Positions 5,964 through 11,897 of a stretch of DNA of 11,897 bases are shown here, piece after piece. The DNA is from an uncultured bacterium (GTDB taxonomy: Bacteria > Abyssobacteria > SURF-5). The translations under genes were made by a program, and so were the position numbers. Under the pieces are notes generated by a model. That model saw only the letters and a list, made by a program, of their open reading frames with translations. It had not been told where the DNA came from and made no database searches. Every line of letters begins with the position of its first letter. The first letter of the stretch is position 1. The DNA lies in contig CAZSKP010000067.1 in assembly GCA_964607485.1 (NCBI GenBank), positions 1 through 11,897 of the forward strand, written 5' to 3'.

Positions 5964-8882
5964 ATGCTTAACTTCTACTGGCCTCTGCCGATGACCATCG
6001 GCCTGACTATTTTCGTGGTCGGCATAGCGGTCTGCCTGCAGAATGCCTCTCGAAGAGCGAACCAGACCTTTCTTCTCGTGACGACCGTGAGTTTTCTCTG
6101 GGCCATTGCGAACTCGATGCTGATTTTGAACTGGGACAGGCCTGAGCTTCAAGTTTTCTGGGATCGTTCAACCTATGCGGTCGGCTTTTTGATCGCGCCC
6201 ACGTTCGCGTTGTTTTCCTGCTATCTTCCCAAGTCAAAGCTGCCCCCGAGATGGTTGACGACTTCTTGTTTCGTCATTTCGTTCGGGATCGTTTACCTTC
6301 CCTTCTTTACGAACACGCTCGAAGGGCAAATCAGCGAGCCCCACACCGCTAACCGTATCTACCTGACGTTCTACTCGCTGTGTTTCAGCGGATTTGTGAT
6401 GTACGGCATGCGAAACCTGTATGTGAAGCTGAAGGCGGCCCGAAATCCTCTGGACAGGAAACAGCTGAAGATTCTGTGGGGAAGCCTTCTCGTCGTTTTT
6501 CCGATGGGAATCGTCAGCGGAATCCTCATACCCCTCATCACTCCCGAAACGTGGATGCTGAACATCCTCTCCGTGTCCGTCATATTCGTCTTTTCGGTTT
6601 CCGCAGGCTACAGCATGGTCAGGTACGGATTCATGGCTCCCCTGCCCTTCGCGCTGGGCCAGATTTTCGAGAATTTCTACGGCGGTATTGTCGTGACCGA
6701 CTATGACGGCAACATCGTGAAATCGAACCAGGCACTGGCAAGAGTGCTGGACCTGAATCGCAGCATTGAGGGGAGACGCTTCGAGGAGCTGGCTGAGACA
6801 CTCGCCTCCCGCATAGAACAGTCGACCGAAAAAGAGGCTTTCATGGCTTGGTTTTCCAGGAATCAGGAAGGCGAGAGAGAGATCACGCTTAACGGGGAAG
6901 CGAGACGAGTGATACTCGTCACAAAGAGTACCGTCAGGGATGCCCATAAGGTTTCCGCGGGCAGAATCTATACATTCCTGGACGCTACGGAACGGAAAAC
7001 GCTCACCCGCGAGCTGCAGGTAAGTCGTGACCACCTTAAAGCCTTGTTGGAGAATGCGAATGATATCATAATCACATGTGATATCACAGGAAAAATCTTG
7101 TCGGCGAACAAAATGGCCATCGAGGTAAGCGGTCTCAAACCCGGAGAATGGCAGGGGCGAAACATCTACGACATCATCGCGCCCGAATTCGTGGAAAAAA
7201 CCCGACAGTGGACTCAGGAGTACCTGCTGGGAAAGAGAAAGTCGTCGGTCTTTCAATTGGAATTCATGGACTCAAGCGGCGGAAGAATACCCGTGGAAAC
7301 AAGCCTGAACGCGGTTTGGTCAAACGGCGAGATAGTCGGAGTCCAGGCGATAGCTCGCGACCTGCGGCTGAGGCTCGAGACGGAGCGTCAGATCAGGGAA
7401 CTTCAAGCGCTGAACGAGCAGGTAATTCGCAACGCCCCGGTGGGAATCGTCACATTTGATAAAGACGGTTTTTTCACGAGCGTCAACCCGACCTACTTGC
7501 ACATTCTGGGCTTTGGTTCACCGGACGGGCTTCTGCATCGGAACTTTTTTGACTTTGAAACTGTAAAAGAGTTTGGTCACGATAGGGATCTCCGGAAAGT
7601 TCTGGAGGGCGAAACCATTGAAGACACGTACGAATTCCAGTCTCGTATCACCGGAAAAGATGTGTGCGTGAAGGCATTCAGTTCTCCGTTGCTGGACGAG
7701 CATGGCGTGATTCAGGGGGCCCTGCTCATTCTCGCCGACTTCTCACGCCAGAAAGAGTTGGAAAAGCAACTCATACAATCCGAAAAGCTCTCTTCCATAG
7801 GACAACTCGTCTCGGGAGTCGCGCACGAGCTGAACAATCCGCTCACGGCCATCATGGGCTACTCTCAGCTCTTGTCCATCAACAAGGACCTCTCCGAGAA
7901 GACGGTTGACATGGCGCAAAAAGTCCAGGTCAGCGCAGAGCGCTGCAAGAAGATCGTGGAAAACCTGCTCGGCTTTGCTCGAAGGAAACCTCCGGAGAAG
8001 TGTGAGGTGTACATCAACGAGCTGCTCGACCGGACGATTGAGCTGCGGGAATACGACCTGCGCGTGAGCAATATCGAGGTGAAAAGGAAGTACCAGACCA
8101 ATTTGCGCTCAACCACGGGCGACCCCGACCAACTCCAACAGGTCTTCCTGAATCTGCTGAACAACGCTTTCGACGCCATGCGCAAGGCGAACGGCGAGGG
8201 TGTGCTGGAGGTGCGCACTCACGAATCGGGCGAGGACTTCATCAACATCGAGTTTGTCGATAATGGTCCCGGCGTGGAGGAATCGGTCCAGGACAAGATA
8301 TTCGCCCCTTTCTTCACCACAAAACCTCTCGGAAAGGGAACCGGCCTGGGACTGAGTCTCAGCTACGGCATCATGCAGGTGCATGGCGGCTCGATTGGGC
8401 TCGATGCCAGCTATCGGGGAGGGGCAAAGTTCGTCGTGAGAATCCCCATCGAGTCGGTCGAACCGAAAAGCTCTTGCGCGTTCACGCCGCCGGAGGAAAC
8501 AGAAATGAGCGTTGCCAGACGAATACTGTTGATTGACGACGAAGAGCAAATACTCGAATGCACGAAGATATTGCTGGAGAACCACTCTTTTCAGGTAACG
8601 ACGGCCGAAAACGGGACGAAGGCCAAGGTCATGCTTGACGGGAGGAAGTTCGACGTGGTCATAACCGACATGAGAATGCCGGGCGACCTAGACGGCAAGG
8701 CTCTGTATCACCTTATTCTGAAAGAGAAACCCGAGCTGGCGCACAAGATTATCTTCATCACCGGAGACACACTGGACGCCGAGACGGAGAGTTTCCTCGC
8801 GAAAGTCCCCAACCGCTGTGTGAAGAAACCTTTCACGGGCGAGGAACTGCTGAACTCTATTGCGGCCGTTACGAACGGCTGA
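5964..8882 (+). CDS. Hybrid sensor histidine kinase/response regulator: ~7 TM N-terminus (HisKA_7TM-like), three PAS domains, HisKA, HATPase_c, REC (972 aa)
   Basis: About seven hydrophobic segments in the first ~225 aa. PAS starts GIVVTDYDGNIVKSN, IIITCDITGKILSAN and GIVTFDKDGFFTSVN. H-box SGVAHELNNPL, N-box QVFLNLLNNAFDA, G-boxes DNGPG and FFTTKPLGKGTGLGL. REC motifs LIDDEE, ITDMRMP, FITG and KKPF. Confidence 0.97.
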   Translation: MLNFYWPLPMTIGLTIFVVGIAVCLQNASRRANQTFLLVTTVSFLWAIANSMLILNWDRPELQVFWDRSTYAVGFLIAPTFALFSCYLPKSKLPPRWLTTSCFVISFGIVYLPFFTNTLEGQISEPHTANRIYLTFYSLCFSGFVMYGMRNLYVKLKAARNPLDRKQLKILWGSLLVVFPMGIVSGILIPLITPETWMLNILSVSVIFVFSVSAGYSMVRYGFMAPLPFALGQIFENFYGGIVVTDYDGNIVKSNQALARVLDLNRSIEGRRFEELAETLASRIEQSTEKEAFMAWFSRNQEGEREITLNGEARRVILVTKSTVRDAHKVSAGRIYTFLDATERKTLTRELQVSRDHLKALLENANDIIITCDITGKILSANKMAIEVSGLKPGEWQGRNIYDIIAPEFVEKTRQWTQEYLLGKRKSSVFQLEFMDSSGGRIPVETSLNAVWSNGEIVGVQAIARDLRLRLETERQIRELQALNEQVIRNAPVGIVTFDKDGFFTSVNPTYLHILGFGSPDGLLHRNFFDFETVKEFGHDRDLRKVLEGETIEDTYEFQSRITGKDVCVKAFSSPLLDEHGVIQGALLILADFSRQKELEKQLIQSEKLSSIGQLVSGVAHELNNPLTAIMGYSQLLSINKDLSEKTVDMAQKVQVSAERCKKIVENLLGFARRKPPEKCEVYINELLDRTIELREYDLRVSNIEVKRKYQTNLRSTTGDPDQLQQVFLNLLNNAFDAMRKANGEGVLEVRTHESGEDFINIEFVDNGPGVEESVQDKIFAPFFTTKPLGKGTGLGLSLSYGIMQVHGGSIGLDASYRGGAKFVVRIPIESVEPKSSCAFTPPEETEMSVARRILLIDDEEQILECTKILLENHSFQVTTAENGTKAKVMLDGRKFDVVITDMRMPGDLDGKALYHLILKEKPELAHKIIFITGDTLDAETESFLAKVPNRCVKKPFTGEELLNSIAAVTNG

Positions 8883-8912
8883 ACGAGGCGCTCTCCGGCG
8901 GGCGGGCCTCCC

Positions 8913-9866
8913 TCACATTCCCAGAAGGTCCTGTTCGTCCAGGAAGCCGATCGGCCTGCCCTCCTCATCTATCACGGGCAAATCCTTCTTCTTCTCGGTT
9001 CTTACCAGCCGCATCGCTTCGGCCACGAGTCTGTCGGGCGAGATGGTCAGGGGCGAACGCGTCATGAAATTCCTGACAGGTTTCGTGAGAAGCTCGGGAT
9101 CCTTCTCGAGCGAGCGGCGAAGGTCGCCGTCGGTGAAAATGCCAGTCAACCGCCCGTCCCCGTCCACTATCACGGCCGAACCCGCACGCGAGCGCGTCGC
9201 TGCAATCAGGGCCTCGCGCACGAGGGCATCTTCGGAGACGATGGGGTTTCGCACGCCCACACGCATGACGTCCCGCACCTTGAGGAGCTGTCGCCCGAGG
9301 TTGCCGCCGGGATGGTACAACGCGTAATCTTCCATCCGGAAGCCGCGTTTTTCCAGGAGCACGACCGCGAGCGCGTCGCCCATCGCCAACGCCGCCGTCG
9401 TGCTCGCGGTGGGCGCCAGGTTGAACGGGCAGGCCTCGGCCTCGACTCCGCAATCCAACACGCAGTCGCTGTGCTCGGACAACGGGGAATTGGTATCGCC
9501 CGTCATCGCGATAAGCTTTGCGCCTATCTTCTTGATGATGGGCAGCAGGCGGGTTATCTCCTCGGTCTTGCCGCTGTTCGAGATAACGATGACGACGTCG
9601 TCCTTCGTCACCATACCGAGGTCCCCGTGGATGGCGTCGGCGGGATGCATAGCGAGCGAGGGAGTGCCCGTGCTGGCGAGGGTGGCGGATATCTTTCGGC
9701 CGATTATGCCCGGCTTCCCTATTCCGGTGATTATCACCCGCCCTCTGCATTTCAGGATCATGTCAACGGCCTGCTCGAAGCTCTTCCCCACCTTGTCGCG
9801 AAGTTTGAGCAAAGCCCCGCCCTCTACGCTCAAGACCTCTCTGGCCCGGTCTATTGTCGAAGACAT
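8913..9866 (-). CDS. kdsD: KpsF/GutQ/KdsD family arabinose-5-phosphate isomerase (SIS plus two CBS domains, 317 aa)
   Basis: ATLASTGTPS, HPADAIHGDLGMV, ISNSGKTEE, EACPFNLAPTASTT, YHPGGNLG and CBS GIFTDGDLRR. Start reassigned to ATG at 9866 after a GAGGTG RBS. Confidence 0.95.
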   Translation of the reverse strand: MSSTIDRAREVLSVEGGALLKLRDKVGKSFEQAVDMILKCRGRVIITGIGKPGIIGRKISATLASTGTPSLAMHPADAIHGDLGMVTKDDVVIVISNSGKTEEITRLLPIIKKIGAKLIAMTGDTNSPLSEHSDCVLDCGVEAEACPFNLAPTASTTAALAMGDALAVVLLEKRGFRMEDYALYHPGGNLGRQLLKVRDVMRVGVRNPIVSEDALVREALIAATRSRAGSAVIVDGDGRLTGIFTDGDLRRSLEKDPELLTKPVRNFMTRSPLTISPDRLVAEAMRLVRTEKKKDLPVIDEEGRPIGFLDEQDLLGM

Positions 9867-9904
9867 AAACACCTCTTTGAAAGAATTTCGACTGCCTCGG
9901 TCGA

Positions 9905-9934
9905 AATGTAACACAGCGTTATCGTCGATGTCAA
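9905..9934 (-). promoter_or_regulatory. sigma70-type promoter candidate for kdsD
   Basis: Minus strand perfect TTGACA, 18 bp spacer, TACATT with extended TGt. Confidence 0.65.
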
Positions 9935-9993
9935 GCCGGTGTCGAGCCTTCCCGGTCTTCGCAATAATTCGATAGTCTCTCCCGCCAGGCGGC

Positions 9994-10023
9994 TGGACAA
10001 ATCTTCGAGCGTTATGATACTAT
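9994..10023 (+). promoter_or_regulatory. sigma70-type promoter candidate for the membrane protein (divergent from kdsD)
   Basis: TGGACA (9994-9999), 18 bp spacer, TACTAT (10018-10023) with extended TGa. Confidence 0.5.
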
Positions 10024-10084
10024 TACAACGATCAATTAAACTCGCGCGAAGGAATGCCGTTGCCCGGATTTTTTCGAGAACGCC

Positions 10085-11092
10085 ATGCCGAAGAGAGCGA
10101 GTTCCTTCACGAAAAAGAAGAGAGAGAGCAAGGAAAGTCCGCTTGCATTTCCCCGGCTCCTCGCGATTGTCGGAATCTGCTCGCTTGCCGCGGCCCCCTT
10201 CCTCCCATGGTTGGAATCCGCCCCCGGCGGCGCTTCCGTGACGCTGAAGCAGTTGACCACGCAAATGGTCGGCTCGGGCATCCTCTCGGTCAACCTCTGG
10301 CTCTTTCCGATAATCCTTGCCGTGCTGTTCCTGCTGCCGCTGCTCACCGACCTCAGATTGACCCGGGCGATATACCACCTGCTTCTGATAGAGGTTCTGG
10401 TCGTTGCCGCGTTCTTTCTCTATCCATCCATCCGGGGCCTTCTGTTTGAAGCCGGCATGCCGGTTCAAGTTTCCGCACTGAGGTACGGCTTTTATGTGTT
10501 CGCGTGCGCCTTTGCGCTTATTCTGTTCTCGGGCATAGAGACGCTGTGGCAGACTCGTCTGGGAATCGCCATTCTCACGCTGATTATCGCTTCCACCGGA
10601 ATAATCATTGCGGGAAATCTTACCGCGTGGTTTGGATACCTGACGGGGGAACCGAGAATATGGCACGAGGAATATGAGGCGAGAGTTCCCGAAGGCCAGG
10701 CGCTGGGGGTGCACTTGAACATTCTCAACGACGGCTGGGGAAGACTGAGGCTGGGCCTGCGCTCCACGACAAAGCCCCGTGAAGCCGACTTCATCATTTC
10801 GGCACAGCGACACTATCGCGTGGGCGACTACTGGGCGGATACTCCCATGGACAGCTTGATGACGGAAAAATCGAGAGAGCTTCTCCCGACGAAGGTCGAG
10901 CCCGGCGGCGTCCTCATGCTGAACCTGGTGTTCGGCCCGCTCACAAGCGCCGGCGACCTCTATTCACTTCCCTCGGCCGGCGCATCGGGCAGATACAATA
11001 TCTTGCTCAGCGACCCCGAGGGGAAGCACATTTATCGACATCCTATCGAGGTCCCGCCGGCGGCCGAGCCCGTCGCCGCCGACTCCACATAG
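10085..11092 (+). CDS. Hypothetical membrane protein: about five TM helices and a soluble beta-rich C-terminal domain (335 aa)
   Basis: Basic N-tail, hydrophobic segments (LLAIVGICSLAAAPFLPW, LWLFPIILAVLFLLPLL, LLLIEVLVVAAFFLY, FYVFACAFALILFSG, LGIAILTLIIASTGIIIAG), then a polar domain. Fills the gap between a promoter candidate and the convergent HIT gene. Confidence 0.8.
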   Translation: MPKRASSFTKKKRESKESPLAFPRLLAIVGICSLAAAPFLPWLESAPGGASVTLKQLTTQMVGSGILSVNLWLFPIILAVLFLLPLLTDLRLTRAIYHLLLIEVLVVAAFFLYPSIRGLLFEAGMPVQVSALRYGFYVFACAFALILFSGIETLWQTRLGIAILTLIIASTGIIIAGNLTAWFGYLTGEPRIWHEEYEARVPEGQALGVHLNILNDGWGRLRLGLRSTTKPREADFIISAQRHYRVGDYWADTPMDSLMTEKSRELLPTKVEPGGVLMLNLVFGPLTSAGDLYSLPSAGASGRYNILLSDPEGKHIYRHPIEVPPAAEPVAADST

Positions 11093-11120
11093 CCGAGGGC
11101 GGCCTTCATGTGGCGTCGGG

Positions 11121-11627
11121 TCATCTTTTCCCCCGCCCTTTTTTCGACAACTTCTTGAAATATTTGCTGAGCCTCTCGACCGTTTGCTTCGGACCCTCGA
11201 CAATCGTGCGCGTATCGGAGAGGATGTCCATGAACCCCGCCTCGTTCGGGTATCTGGGCACGATATGCAGGTGCAGGTGCTCTATGCTCGCGCCCGCCTG
11301 CCGGCCTATATTGAAGCCGACGTTGTAGCCGACGGGCCCATAGGCCGCGTCGAGCGTGTCAAGGCACAGGCTCTGAAGCGACTGAAGCTCGGAGAACTCC
11401 GCCTTCTTGAGCTCACGCACATCCACAACGTGCCGGATGGGAAACAGGAGGATATGGCCGGCGTTGTAAGGATGAAGGTTGGCAGAGGCCACCCAGTGCC
11501 GGGTTCTGTACACCTCGAGCTTGGAAACCTTCGGGTCCCTTGAGCAGACGGCACAGAGAATGCAGTCCACGCTCGGCCTTTTTCCTTTCACGTACGACAT
11601 CTTCGATGGAACATACAGTTGCCGCAT
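11121..11627 (-). CDS. HIT family hydrolase (FHIT/Ap4A phosphorylase-like, 168 aa)
   Basis: CILC zinc motif, NLHPYNAGH, GYNVGFNIGRQAGASI and histidine triad HLHLHIVPR; GAGGG RBS upstream. Confidence 0.93.
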   Translation of the reverse strand: MRQLYVPSKMSYVKGKRPSVDCILCAVCSRDPKVSKLEVYRTRHWVASANLHPYNAGHILLFPIRHVVDVRELKKAEFSELQSLQSLCLDTLDAAYGPVGYNVGFNIGRQAGASIEHLHLHIVPRYPNEAGFMDILSDTRTIVEGPKQTVERLSKYFKKLSKKGRGKR

Positions 11628-11642
11628 CTTTTCCCTCTTTTT

Positions 11643-11897
11643 CTATCCCTGTGCCGACTGTTCCGACCACCATTGCCGCCACCTGGAGCGGTCTTCTCCG
11701 AACAGCGGCTCGTCTGCCGATTTGTGCTCGTCATGCTCGCCGATTAAGGATATTTCCATCGTTTTCATGTCTCTTGCCGATGCTCCCCGAAGCTCCCGTT
11801 CCACTTCGATGTACCTGCGGAGTTTTTCCAGCGAGTTTGCCGCTGCCCGGCGCACGATGGGATCGGCATCGCCCAGCGTGTCGATGAGGACAGGCGC
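11643..11897 (-). CDS. C-terminal part of a HEAT-repeat protein (start lies outside the window)
   Basis: Open frame from the window edge reads APVLIDTLGDADPIVRRAAANSLEKL (HEAT/PBS-lyase-like repeat) and ends FGEDRSRWRQWWSEQSAQG; its stop lies 15 nt before the HIT start, suggesting an operon. Confidence 0.8.
   Translation of the reverse strand, partial: APVLIDTLGDADPIVRRAAANSLEKLRRYIEVERELRGASARDMKTMEISLIGEHDEHKSADEPLFGEDRSRWRQWWSEQSAQG

Noticed and set aside
8883..8912. Bidirectional terminator between the convergent kinase and kdsD genes
   Set aside because: Only an imperfect GAGGC/GCCTC stem, with no U tract on either strand.

Overview
A GC-rich bacterial chromosomal segment, probably from a diderm (it carries a KdsD/KpsF-type Kdo-pathway isomerase). 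It holds nine complete CDSs and one partial one. In order: a secreted FxLYD-like protein (-), a DUF362/ferredoxin Fe-S protein (-), a class I SAM methyltransferase (+), an M23 peptidase (+), an ABC-2 permease lacking an adjacent ATPase (+), a 7TM-3xPAS hybrid histidine kinase (+), a KdsD/KpsF/GutQ isomerase (-), an unknown membrane protein (+), a HIT hydrolase (-), and the C-terminus of a HEAT-repeat protein (-). I found no rRNA, tRNA, CRISPR array, transposase, integrase or defence system, and no clear novel multi-gene system. The most interesting signal is regulatory. Two correctly spaced sigma54 (-24/-12) promoter candidates precede the M23 peptidase and the kinase, and both regions carry a short GC(A/C)AAATT(T)GGAC motif. 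The kinase has a ~257-nt leader with nested inverted repeats that could be a structured RNA. Most other genes have their own extended -10 (TGn) sigma70-type promoter candidate. All calls come from reading motifs by eye; no searches were run.
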